Below, in pieces: positions 38,683 through 52,144 of a DNA stretch of 64,000 nucleotides (positions within the stretch are counted from its first letter, which is position 1; each line of letters opens with the position of its first letter). The translations under genes were made by a program, and so were the position numbers. Under the pieces are notes generated by a model, which was not told the origin of the DNA, made no database searches, and worked only from the letters and a program-made list of their open reading frames with translations. Origin of the DNA: Eledone cirrhosa (Eukaryota); NCBI GenBank assembly GCA_964016885.1, contig OZ024748.1:3162001-3226000 (forward strand). Reading direction: 5' to 3'.

Positions 38683-40999
38683 ATGAGGTTGGTGTTAGGA
38701 AGGGCATCCAGCTGTAGAAATCAAGCCAAAATCAGTTCTGTATCAGTAAGACATGGTCCCTGACCTGGCATTGCCCAAAGCAGGACAACCCATCTAACCC
38801 ATGCTAGTGTGGAAGAATGGACGTAAAACAGTGATGATGATGATGCAAAGAATCTTGATCATGATGTGTCTGAACTCTCAATTTCCCAATCAACTGTTTA
38901 TTGAGCAAAGATCAGTCAGTGTAAGAAAATGGCTCAAGAAATCAAGTTATGTGCTTCCTACATGAAGATAGATCCTGGCTAGTCCTCCACTGGAATGGAA
39001 AATTATTACCATTGGCTTACCATTAAATATTAAGATAGTAGAAAAATCAGGTATTCCTATAAAAGCCCTAATCAGTAGAACATACACTTTTGAGAAAACC
39101 CCCTGCACTGATAGAAAATATATAGCCTGCATATTAAGCCCACAAATTAACTATGAAACTATGAACATAATATATAGCATAAGATATACAGAGGGATAGT
39201 GTAGGAATAGGAACAAGACTTACATGAGATGATCTGTAGCATAGGAGAAAGGATAAAAGAATACTGGTGATAACTCCAGGATGGGAAAAACTCATCAGTG
39301 CTCTACTGACATGCCAGAATGGAACATGGGGGCACACTAGAGAACATCGAGATAAAAATCATATCCACACGCAAAACAGATGCAATGCTCTACCAGATTA
39401 CTGAAGCGACAAACATAAACAAACTCTAACCAAAACTAAACAGAAAACATGAGTGGGATAGTAACAACTAGTAACTAAGGGCAACATAAAGACACAGCGA
39501 CACACAAGAACTAAACTAATAAAACAAACCAAACACTCAGAGATAGAACAAGTAAATAAATGTTTAAATTAATTAATTAATTAATTAAATTAGATAAATA
39601 AATAAATAAAAATACACACAAACACACACAGATATAACACATGCACAACTCAAGTATGGAGCTCACAAAAACAAGATGTCGTCGGACAGAATAAAAATGA
39701 GAATCAATTTTTTGTTTTGACTACTGTATATGTCGGCATAGTCTTACGATTATTAGATAAATAAATAAATAGATATTCCTTGATTGAGGGCTATTCCACA
39801 TATTCTCAGGTCTTGAGTAATCGTCCCCCACCCCGCTTATTAATTTTTCAGATTTTTTGCAACCCCCCGGCCCGCTCCCCTTATTAAATTTTGTTAATCT
39901 ATCTCCGGTGACATTTTATTGTGATTCATATTGATACAGCAGCTGGAGAATTTTATTTTACACTAAAAAACAACATTATATATGACAAAAAAAAGAACAT
40001 TACAAGAAATCCCATATTTACGAACGTACGCTATTACAATTATCGACACCCCACCCCCGTTTCTAACCCCCACCCCCTCCCTCGCTTTAAAAAATTTAAA
40101 CGATAAACAAATGCCCACCCCTACTATTATTTGGGATTAGAGAGTAATTAAAATTAAAAACATTCTAGAATAACATACCACGTATACAATCGAAAATCTG
40201 TTCGGCTGAGGTCCAAACTGAAACCTTTGTTATGAAGGTCATGTGTTGAATATTATCAACTTTATATTTCTATTACTATCAGTATCATTTTTCCACGAAA
40301 AGATTTTGCACAGTTTATCAAATAACAACAAACCTTTCATTTACTATCCTTGGTATGTATTATGTTTTGGTCCAAAAAACATTTTTATTGCATTACTTAA
40401 ATATTATATATATCTGTTGTTTTATGTTTGCATTTGCAATAGCATCGTTAATAGTAGAATGTATTCCTAAACTGCGTAGTATGAGAATTGTTTAGAGTTT
40501 CTCTTGGTGTAGCTGTGGAAAATTAACCAGTTGTTATTGTTAAGCTCCAGGCTAGGGCTGATCGAGCTGACCTAAATATATATATAAATAAGAAAAACGT
40601 TCCATTCCAGACATGACTTAGGGTTAAATTTAAAAAAAAAAAAGAATGTCCCTTTAAAAAATTACAAAACAAAGTGTTTTTCAAGTCAGTATGACGTAAT
40701 GAATTTAGCTACTTTCCAGCGAATAGTTTGACATATATTTATATATATTTACGGCTACTGAAGTAGCCAAGACACTTTTTTTAAATGCATATACACCTTT
40801 ATTATATATCGCGTACTAAGATGAACAAAGGTCTTACTGCTCTAAACTGGTTAACTCCCAATATATTTCTGTACCAGTCACGCACTAGGGTCGATTTAAT
40901 GGACCCCGCCCAACCAAATTGCTGGCCTTGTGCCTATATAAGAAATCAATATATTTCAATCTATTTATCTATCTATCTTTTAAATATCATTTTGGAAGA

Positions 41000-41310
41000 A
41001 GAATCAGGATAGAGAGAGAGGTGCTGTACCCCAGCAAATTTTATAAAAGGTGGGTGAATGTGGCAAAGATGGCCCGAGTTGTTGGGCCTTCTCTATATAT
41101 AAGCCTGTAGGTTGAGGAAAAAGGGGAAGGGAGTACTCACTCTTGGCGCTCCTGGAGATGAGGGTTGTACATTTTTTCAGGGTGTGTACAACCCTTGTGT
41201 AACGCCTCCCCCCTATTGGGGATATCAATTGTTATTTTCATATACCTGTATGTAAACTCCCCATTTGTATTTGTCCCCTTCTTTTGTGCCCTTGTGGCTA
41301 ATAAAGAAAT
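41000..41310 (+). mobile_element. Probable L1/Tx1-like LINE 3' end
   Basis: ...KFYKRW... terminal motif, 3' UTR with AATAAA, followed by (TATC)n. Confidence 0.4.
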
Positions 41311-41335
41311 TTATCTTTTCTATCTATCTGTCTAT

Positions 41336-41366
<31 letters not shown>

Positions 41367-41674
41367 CAATGAATACAAACATACGGTTAGTTTTAAACAT
41401 TTTAAAAAACGAACTAGTCAAAAATGATTCTGAAAGCGTGGGAAAGATGACCAAGTACTGTTATTTAATTATTGCATAAAAATACATACAAAGCAACAAG
41501 TTTGACCAAAATTAAAATAACAGGATTTGGCTTTAGATTTCCTGTTTAAACATAGTTTAAAAAAAAACGGTGTTGTCAGTTTTATAACAGTTATACTTTA
41601 AACAACCCAAATCAACAATTTAGCAGAAATGTATACACACACACGCACACACTATATATATATATATTAATTCA

Positions 41675-41815
41675 AATATTAACAAAATAGATATTCTTGT
41701 GATCAATTAAATGTTATTATACATATTTCAGAGGTACTTGAATCAGGTTCAAGTACCTCTGAAATATGTATAATAACATTTAATTGATCACAAGAATATC
41801 TATTTTGTTAATATT
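41675..41815. repeat. Perfect 68-bp inverted repeat, 5-nt loop
   Basis: 41675-41742 is the reverse complement of 41748-41815. Confidence 0.95.
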
Positions 41816-43153
41816 GAATTAATATTAATAACTCTGGAAAATATTTTTTCGGTAGAGTGCTTCCAATCTACTGTAAAACTCATTCTTTGATGTACTCATT
41901 GAATCTTGTTTAACTCTTTAATATATATATATATATATATCTGACGAACGATCCAGACGTATATATTATTATCGACTGTGATCCAGAAACCTTTGGTAAT
42001 GGAGTAGTTATATTTTGTGTTCACTTTCTAATTCTAAATATATATAAACAATGAGTTCGAGACGTTGTTGTTGATATGTAATCAAGAGTTATGTTCATAA
42101 CTGGCACGAAGCACTTGAAAGATAACATCTGGGGTATTATAATAGTAATAATTGTTTCTACTTTTGGCACAAGGCCAACAAATACCTAGTGTATTACTGG
42201 TACTGTATTTTATCGACCCCGTAAGGATGAAAGGCAAAGTTAACCTCGGCGGGATTTGAACTCAGAATGGCAAGGGCTGTAACTCAATGCGTCAAAGCAT
42301 GGCGTCCGACCCTCTACCGATACTGTCAATCCACCGCCCTTATAATAATAATAATGATAGTAATAAATGGAATATATATCACTATAGCAACATAATTTAT
42401 TTCGTTATATATATTCCAGGGATACTAAGTTATAGTATGCCTTCTTCAGACAAAATACATTATTTGATGTATAAAATGTGACATACTCATAAAAGAGATC
42501 GCATGTGATCAATTCAAAGTGAGTAAATATATATATATGATCTAGCTGCCGAAACGGCCGGAGCTCAGCCGTCGGGGTCCTGACACTTTTCCTATGACCC
42601 ACTCTACTACCCTAAGTATCAAGTACTATGGTGCGTTATTGTCCACCTGGTATCTTACCACACCCTCTTTGTTATATATATATATATTTTGACTCGTACC
42701 ATAATTTTCAGTATTATCACCCCACATAAATTCCTCAATTTGTGTGTGTGGGGGGGGGGGGGTGAATGTATGTGCAAGTCAACCAAAGTATTTCTATATG
42801 TAAATTTTCTAGTATTCTACTCTAACCATAATTTTCAGTAGCACCACTCCACACAAATTCCTCAATTTAAGAATGACCTGTAGTATCGAATTTCATACTA
42901 TAAACCCCAATTGAATATATATCTGACCAGGAATGCTTTCTGTGAAAATCAGTCATATGGAACTGATGTTTTGAACTTTACAACACCACCTGCCTCTTTG
43001 AGGTCAAATACCAACCCTACTAGCATCTACAAACTGACCAATGAGAATTATTCCTGCTGACAACATTAAATTATTCCTAACAAGCTCATATGCCGCAAGG
43101 CTCTGATACCATCACACTATAAACACAGAGCCGGCATATCTAAGAACTGACTA

Positions 43154-43209
43154 ACTGCCTGATGAGGTCATAGCCACTCAATGGCTATCATCGAAATATA
43201 TATAGCAGT
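43154..43209 (+). ncRNA. Type I hammerhead ribozyme motif (Penelope-like)
   Basis: ACTGC-CTGATGA-stem II (GGT.ATAGCCA/TGGCTAT.ATC)-GAAA-TATATA-TA-GCAGT. Confidence 0.75.
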
Positions 43210-45341
43210 AAATAAAGGATTATGAGTTCATGCAATTGACTTATGTTTCATCACTATACATATATATATATTTTTTTTTTCAACGGTTTCGTAAACGTAA
43301 ACAGTTTTATATATAGCAATGTTTAGATTGGCCAAAATTGTTAATCAGAATTTCTGTGTTGATTTTAAAAAAAACCAAATTTCTTTCGCTTATCTCTCTC
43401 TCTCTATATATATATATATGTTCTTACTCATAGTGTTTCTCTCACGTTTTCTAAACAATAACATTTTGTTATTATATATATATTAGATATATATATATAT
43501 ATATTATTAGAATTACCTAGCATATATATACGTTTAAATTTGCTAGTTCACCACTGAGTAGAATTGGTCATTCTGCAATGTTAATCATGATGTAATATGA
43601 GGAAAGCACTCGACGTTATGCAACTCATCCATCTTTGATGTTGAATCATTTCGGTAGTGCGGGAACGGAATTAAATATATTGTAAAGTAAATAATAATTG
43701 TGGGAGGGAGGGAGTTGAAAATCGTTTAAATCGACGCCAGTGCATTACTGGTACTTTATTCTATAAACCCCTTAAGGATGACAGACAAAGCTAACCTCGG
43801 CGGGATTTGAACTCAGAACGTAATGGGTCGTAAGTCTATGCTACGGAGCATGTTTGTCCAACGATCTGCCTTCGCTATAACAATGGATATGGTTGCAATT
43901 TCTGTTTTCCTTAAGCAACCTTGAATGCGAAAATCTAATTATAAAAGCTGCATCCATTGCTATTCGTTTTCACAAAACACATTTGCAAATAACGAAACGT
44001 ATCCTTTTTATTGTTTACAACTGGACATCTTAATGAGGCCTCCTTTATTTATAAATTTCGTTTTGGCTTACTTTCTGCTTGTATTTTTACAGGAACAATT
44101 GATTAAAAATATAAATAGTCTCTCTCTATATATGTCTCTCCTTTCACTCTCTCCTCTCACTCTCTCTGTCTGTCTCTCACCTCTCACTCACTCTGTCCCT
44201 CTCTTCTCACTCACTCTGTCTTCTCACCCTCTCTCCTTTCACTCTGTCTATCCTTCTCTCACTCTTTCTCCCTCACTTTCTGTCTCTTTTCCCTCCTATC
44301 TCTCCTTCACACAATGTCGTGCTCTACTTTCAACTTGGACATACTTCAAATACACTTAGCAATGTATTGTTAATATTCCATTTAAAACTTTTTAAAGTTA
44401 AACTAAAACATCTGAACACGATCTGATACTTGTTATTGTAAAGCGCCAGATATGACAAATCCTTTGTCGATATCGAATTTCTCGAATTAGATAATAAAAC
44501 TGTCTATTCAAAAATAAACTAGGATATATAATTTCATTCGGCTGCAAGCACAGTAAATAAATCTAGTGCTGAATTTAGGACAAACGAGTTCCTGTACTAC
44601 TTAAATTTGAAAAATACATCGTAAACATATTTTGGCGGGCGCCTCTCGCCAACGGTGTCCCATGCTTAAGCTCACCTAAGCACAATGGTAAAGCCGGCAG
44701 TGAATAAATCCCACACCATCATTGCCATCTCCACCACAGCATTTCGAGTGTGATAGTGCAGGTTTAGGCTCCGCTGCACTTGAGCCGAGGAGGGTAAACT
44801 CTCCAGATATCGGTCGCTCTCCGACAGGTTTGCGGTCGAGCCCGTAGCAGTGGAGACTTCTGATGTCCATAGACTCTAGGGCCACCTTCTTACTCACCAT
44901 CATCGGCACAGGAGGAGGGTTGAGCCTCGCGAGCTAGAATGGATCTACCAGCGCGTCTCCGTCACCATCCGCCGGGGAAACGCCTTTTCTATTCTGTCCG
45001 CCGGGGCGGCCAGCGCATGGGACCCCAACTGCTCATAACAGTGAGAGACGGAGGCAGTGACTGGGAATTTGGTTCCTTTGTGTTCGGACCTGGTGCATAT
45101 ATGTTTCACAGACACACCCTCGCCAGGACATTTAAAATGAAGTTGATAGTGATGGTAGGGCGTCATATTTAATCAATAGCCTGTGGTAAAGTAACAATGT
45201 GGTATATTTCTAGTATAATCCCAATTTATATCATTAGTATAATTTAGAAAAGAAAATTTATGTTTATATGACTCTGTATCCTACTTATTTACCACAAAGC
45301 ATTTATCTTAATCTATGTTAGGATTAAGCTGCTCAGTACAT

Positions 45342-45377
<36 letters not shown>

Positions 45378-45630
45378 GTTCAAGGAAACGACCAAACAGA
45401 GGTACAAAAAGTCTTATTAGTTTCAGGTTTTATAAGGAAAAGGGAAAAGAAAGTTCGACGTGTTGGGCTTTAGCCCTTCTTCAGGATCACAAAGGATAGA
45501 TACGGAAAATAAAAGGTAGTCTGTAGTAAAACACACACACATATATATATATATATTCATATGTAAATAAGATTAATCACCTCATTTACATAGACGAGAA
45601 AACTATATATTTTCGACTGTTTTCAAGGGT

Positions 45631-45670
45631 CGTCCTGATGAGGACCAGTTAAGTTCGAAATGCATTGACG
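45631..45670 (+). ncRNA. Minimal type I hammerhead ribozyme motif
   Basis: CGTC-CTGATGA-GGAC/GTTC-GAAA-TGCA-TT-GACG; palindromic ATGCAT helix III. Confidence 0.7.
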
Positions 45671-45823
45671 TTTGTCCCCCTTGCTTCTGCTGGACACCAT
45701 CGGAGGGCGATAGCCCCGGTGTTTTGCATAGCTACGGCTTTCTAAATGTTTATCCATAAACATACCGTATTTCTTTAGAAATACGAAATTTCAATAGCTA
45801 TGCATAAAGCTAAATCATAATAC

Positions 45824-45854
<31 letters not shown>

Positions 45855-45867
45855 GGAACAAGTATGA

Positions 45868-45963
45868 CCCCCGACGGCAGAGCTCAAGCCGTTTCGACGG
45901 CTATTTCTGGACTAAATAAGAATTTTTAGCCTGGTAAATAAATAGCCAAACTTCTCAAGGGGG
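45868..45963 (-). ncRNA. Type I hammerhead ribozyme motif with U3-A8 core variant
   Basis: CCCCC-TTGAGAA-long stem II-GAAA-CGGC/GCCG-TC-GGGGG. Confidence 0.65.
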
Positions 45964-48900
45964 ATTTCCTTATATGGGAAGAAAGTAATTGTCAAGATGA
46001 TTGTGGCTGAACTTGCCGGTAGCACAAAGAGGGAGTGGCGAAAGCTAGTTAGGCGGTGAAAGTGAAATCGATACAGCAGTATAGATTTCAACGCCTGACT
46101 GACTTTCCCCGTGAAATATAATTACTGAGAGGTCCATGGCCCGCGCAGCTCTACCGCCCCTGAATATATCCGTATAAGAATATGGAATGACCCGTTGGAT
46201 GACGTTCACTTAAATTTTTTTAAATAATTAAATTACACACAAACATCTCTCTCTTTCAATCTACTCTCTCACAACCCTACCGTTTTCTCTCTCTCTATTT
46301 ATGAAGGTACCCGAAAAAAACCCGGCCCCGGAATCCGTATTCAGTGGGGAGAGAAATTTTTTTTTTTTTCCCCTCGTGTACTATCAACTACGGAGAGCGA
46401 GGAGGTGGGTCCCTCCTCGGAGTTTTCATTTTTTAATTTTTATTATTTTTTTTTTTTTTTTTGCGTGTTATCAACGAATAGGACCTCGAAATCAGTCGGA
46501 AACGATTAGATTTGTAGAAAAGGGGGGATGAAAGGGGGCGAAATGTGTCACGCATACCGACTCACCTCTCTTGTTTGGTGGGAAATAATTATATATATAT
46601 TACTAGCAATCCCATATATTATCAAATAACAGGATGAGATGGGAAGGGTCTCAATATGTAAAGTAAACGACTGATTCTGTTTTTGGCGGGTCGGAGGTTA
46701 AAAAGCAGAGACAACCTAGAAAAATTACCGACTTTCCACCCCACCCCCTATTATTTGGTACCGAAAAAGTTCAAAGGTTTGTAAATAAACTTGAAGCAAA
46801 CTCCTTTTATTGATTTGTTTATTATTCTGGTTAAAGTCTCACACACACGTACGTATGGTCGGTTTCGTTGGCGACTAAACTGGCAACCCCACCAAGGTTT
46901 CTTGGTGAGGAGGGTGGCTTTGGACATCCTGCATGACTAAAAACAAAACCTGTCAAAGGGCAAAGGAGCTCTTAAGAGTCAATGGCCATCCAAAATCACT
47001 GGGAGAGATGACCGCTTAGCCTTTGTCAAGGCAGAATTCTAGGAGAAGGAAAACTCTGATATAACACCTGCAACTCTGATGGTATCCAATGATGTTGACT
47101 TGTTCTTCTTTTTGGTAAATATCATCTTGGTGAAGAGAGTGGGACTGGCTTTGTGCAGTGCCTTTGTTCACTATAAAAGCTTCACGGCGCAGGCATTGCT
47201 TTATATCTGGAGATCTCTCTGCACTTGTCGTCACGTGGTACCATGGGCCCAGCACTATGTGTCAATAATTGTCACAAGTGTAGTGTTTGTACCAGAGTTT
47301 TCAAGTCGCTGGCTGGACTAAAAAGTCACACTCGTTCAGCGCATCGGTAGGGGTTCCCCTACATGGATATAAAGTAGTGGCCGTACTCGAAAACGAGTTG
47401 GCAGCCACCATGTATGTATATACTTCCTTTTTGAATTTATTTTGCAAGATTTCTTATCTGAAAACATGTTGAAACAGATGTTATACTTTGGGAGGGTCAT
47501 GTTGCCAATAAAAACATGCGCATGTTGATTTTCACTTCAATTTATTATAAATTTCCGATTGGTTGGTTCGATATATATATGATGGTTGCCCCCTCGTAAT
47601 CTAGTATGGCCATTGCACGATATAACATTATTAATTTTGCCTTTCATCCTTACGGGGTCGATAAAATAAAGTACCAGTAACACTGGAGTCGATTTAATTG
47701 ACTTCCTCCATCCCCAAATTGCTGGCCTTGTGCCTATATAAGAAACCATTAATTAATTCTATCGTGCAATGCCTGGGCGTGAAGATTTTTTTTTTTGTAC
47801 ATATATTTATTAGAATGCTGTTGAAATATGTCTATATTTTTAAATATTACTTTTAACGATCGATTTATAATGAATGAGTCTAAAGTCTAAATAGCTATTG
47901 AGTTTATGTGGTAGGTGTGGGTAGTGGCGTCAATTAAAATAAATTGGAATTACATTTAAAAAATAATTGTTTCTACTTTTGGCACAAGGCCAGCAATCAA
48001 ACAGTGCATTACTGGTACTTTATTTTATCGATCCCGTAAGGATGAAAGGCAAAGTTAACCTCGAATAATAAAGTTTAATCAGGAGAACCTTGGGTAAATG
48101 TTTATTGGTTGACGGCAAGACTTCAGTCTGTTTTGAAGCAACAAGTTAAACACGTATTCAGTTTCGTTTTATCGAATATTTCATAAATCTAAAGTGAAAA
48201 AAACTTCCTTATTTATTTTTTTGTAGTCGAGTATTTTTGTCCACGTACTCTCGGGTCCCAAATAATTGGAGTGGGATGGGAGTAGGGGTAGAACATTTTA
48301 TAACATTTGGGATTTCTAGTAATGGCCTTGTGTCGAAATCATCGAAGTTAACTTTGCCTTTCATCCTTATGGGATTTGATAAAATAAAGTACCAGTCACG
48401 CACTGGGGTTGATTTAATCGACTTTCCCCCTCTCCCTAAATTGCTGGCCTTGTGCCTATACTAGAAACCATTATTTACAGTGTTTGATGATTTCTAAATT
48501 AGGCACAAGGCCAGCAATTTGTGGGACGGGAGAGGGGAAAACCGATTACACCAATCCCAGTGTATTACTGGTACTTTATTTTATCGACCCCGGAAGGATG
48601 AAAGGCAAAGTTGACCTCGGCGGGATTTGAACACAGAACGTAAAAGGCCATAACTCTGTGTCAGGAAGCATGGTGCCCGATGCTACCAATACACCACATA
48701 AAGTTGACGTAATTAAATACTGCAAAGCGTTTATTTTGTCTGTCGCTCTACCGATTCTGCCAATCCATCGCTCTTAGTATTTGATAATAGTTTCTGATTT
48801 AGAAACAAAGTCAACAATTTGGGCGAAAAGGGAAGGGGATGTAGATTAAATCGACTCTACCCCAGTGTGTTACTGGTACTTTATTGTATCGACCCCCTCA

Positions 48901-49129
48901 CCCCCATAAGGATGAAAAGCAAAGCTATCCTCGGCGGGATTTGAAATCAGACTGTCAAGGGACGTAACTGAAGGTAAATCGCATAATGAAAGTAAATCGT
49001 TGTGGCCAGCCAGACGTGTCTGAACAAACGTGGCACTAGATGTAATTAACTAGGCTATAACATTAAAAATAATAAAAAAAGATCTATTTACTAACTAAAG
49101 AAGGAAGTTAAAAGTATTCCTGTATTTTT

Positions 49130-49207
<78 letters not shown>

Positions 49208-49427
49208 ATGGTGAACTAACTGTTGTCTAACCACTTCTATATATATATATATGCAAAAGTTCTATTTAAATTGTTGGGATACAACAAGCAAATATTTTTA
49301 TAACTGATATAAAGCACTCGACAAATATTTGGAGTAGATATACGATATTATCCTGGTGGCCTCTAAAAGCAACGGTCACTTTTTAAAAGGGTACGTCAAT
49401 GTCTATTTATAAAACTGTTATATATTG

Positions 49428-49492
49428 TATTTTGTCTGATGAAGGCATACCATAATTTAACTTGGTATCCTTGAAATATATATAATGAAATA
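49428..49492 (+). ncRNA. Type I hammerhead motif
   Basis: TATTTTGT-CTGATGA-AGG.ATACCA/TGGTATCCT-GAAA-TATATA-TA-ATGAAATA. Confidence 0.65.
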
Positions 49493-49714
49493 AATATAGT
49501 TTCCATTTATTAATATCGTATATATATATATATATTGTTCTCGGTATGGTGAACTAACTGTTGTGTAACCACTTCTATATATATATATATATATATATAT
49601 CCTCAAAATCACCACCTTTCTCAACTACCAGAAACATACAAATACCATCATACAATAACAGTTGGCTTTCCTGATGATTTCCTTCGAATGAAACAGTTCT
49701 TGTCCTGTAGAAGC

Positions 49715-49746
<32 letters not shown>

Positions 49747-50305
49747 ATATAGAGAGAGAGAGTTACGAACTCAGGGTAGTCCCTTACAATTAAATAGCTC
49801 TAAGAAAAAAGCTTTTTCGAGCCGTACAATATAATTTAATAAACAAGACAGATGAACACTAATATAAACATGTGTTCGAATCGTAAGGACCAACATTTGC
49901 TAGGGTGAAAAAATACATGTATGTTTATATTAGTGTTCATCTCTCTTGTTTATTCAATTATATATATATATATATAGGCATACAACAGGTCTCAATAGTG
50001 AAAGTTACGATACACACGCAATTGTATGGATTTCTTAATATATATATATGTGTGGGTGTGTATATATGTGTGTCTGTATGTATATATGTGTTTGTGTCAT
50101 CATCATCGTTTAACGTCTATCTTCCACGCAAGCATGGGTTTAGACGTATATATATGTTTGTGTGTATATATGTGTTTGTACATCTCGCCAAACTTGTAAC
50201 TTTCACTATTGAGACCTGTTGTAAAAAAAAAAAAAAAAGCAAATTCACAGTGTCAAAAATTACTTTCACTTTCCTGACCGCCCGTCTTGACGTATGCCAT
50301 ATATA

Positions 50306-50970
50306 GGCATAGGTTAAGTTTAACGTCCTCGAAGATGAAACTAGGTTTTCTGACAAGTGAATGTGTTTTTGTTTTTTTTTACAATGAAATTTACGATACA
50401 CTCTTTGTTTATTTACAACAGGTCTCTATAGTGATATGGTGTTAATTAGTATTGCGTGTGTGATTATTTTCTCTTATATATATATGTGTGGGTGTGTATA
50501 TCTGTGTATATATATGTGTGTCTGTATGTATATATATATGTGTGTTTGTATATATATATGTGTTTGTGTCATCATCATCGTTTACATGTTTTTACCCAAA
50601 TCCCTTATCATTCTCTGTCCTTCTTATGACCCGGCCTTAATTTGTTTATAGTTGGTGCCAACTTTGGCAAGATATTACAAAAACATCTAAACGATGATGA
50701 TGACACAAACACATATATATATACAAACACACATATATATATATACATACAGACACACATATATATACACACATATACACACCCACACATATATATATAA
50801 GAGAAAATAATCACACACGCAATACTAATTAACACCATATCACTATAGAGACCTGTTGTAAATAAACAAAGAGTGTATCGTAAATTTCATTGTAAAAAAA
50901 AAAAAAAAAACACATTCACTTGTCAGAAAACCTAGTTTCATTTTCGAGGACGTTAAACTTAACCTATGCC
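50306..50970. repeat. ~290-bp near-perfect inverted repeat, 85-nt spacer
   Basis: 50306-50593 versus 50679-50970. Confidence 0.92.
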
Positions 50971-51856
50971 ATATATATATATATATATATATATACACAC
51001 TTTTACGTTGTATGGCTTAACTAACTAGACTGGTTTATGCAATCATTCTGATCAGCTGACCGTGAAAGCGCTCTACATATTTATTATCATACAAACAAAT
51101 ATATTCTTCACCCACATAATCTCTCATGCTACGTGAGTGAATAGAATCGCAAATATATGTCATGAATTATTATTACATTACGGTAATGTTGATGAAATCT
51201 CAAATGTCATCATCAACTCAACTGGAAAAAAGTTTTTGTTTCTCATCTTTAATGCCGTAGAATTTCTTTGTATTTATTTCTCAGATAACTCGATGTATAA
51301 TTTGGAAATTTGCTTGTGATGTGTGTGAATTAGTTATAAATAAATATCTCCGCACCTAGACATTTGGTATTTACGCCGGAACTGTCACTGCGGTACATAT
51401 ATAAAAAAACGACCCTCGTAGTTAACATAATCAAAAACTTTGTTGATGGTGAGTATAATATGCATTTTAAAAAAATATTTCTTATCAAATCAAATCCTAT
51501 TTTCATATATTTTCAGATGTCAACTTAACTCTCGTGTATGGAAAATCGTCCGTCCACGCTTATTGATTAAAAAAAAAATGTTCGTCCTCCTTAAGCTTAA
51601 AGTTTTATTTTAAGTTGTAGCATTGCTGCGACAGTTAATTTTCGTTAGACATTTAAATCATTTTACATGAATATTACTAGTAGAAATCCCATTCGTTATA
51701 AGATAACTAGGATGTATTGGGTGGTGGTGATGGGTCTCAATATGTAAACTAAACGACTAATTCTGGCTTTTAGAAAAATTACCGACCCCCTCCGCCTGCT
51801 TATCCCACCTACCCCTGTTATTTGGGGCTTATATTTTTTTATTTTTTTGAATTGCG

Positions 51857-52052
51857 TCTCTCTCTCTCTTTCTCACTCTTTCTTTCTCTCTCTCTCTCAC
51901 TCTTTCTCTCTCTCTCTCACTTTCTCTCTCTCACTCTTTCTCTCTCTCTCTCTCACTCTTTCTCTCTCTCTCTCTCACTCTCTCTCTCTCACTCTCTCTC
52001 TCTCACTCTCTCTCTCACTTTCTCTCTCTCACTCTTTCTCTCTCTCACTCTT

Positions 52053-52087
<35 letters not shown>

Positions 52088-52144
52088 TTTCTTTTTCTTT
52101 TTTTCTTTTCCTTTTTTTCTTTCTCTTTCTCTCTCTCTCTCTCT
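51857..52144. repeat. (CT)n-rich polypyrimidine tract; others at 44120-44310, 49134-49204
   Basis: Direct inspection. Confidence 0.95.

Noticed and set aside
37723-38686. Cys/His-rich 16-aa repeat ORFs on both strands
   Set aside because: 48-bp TE-derived tandem repeat that is open by chance because the unit is a multiple of 3
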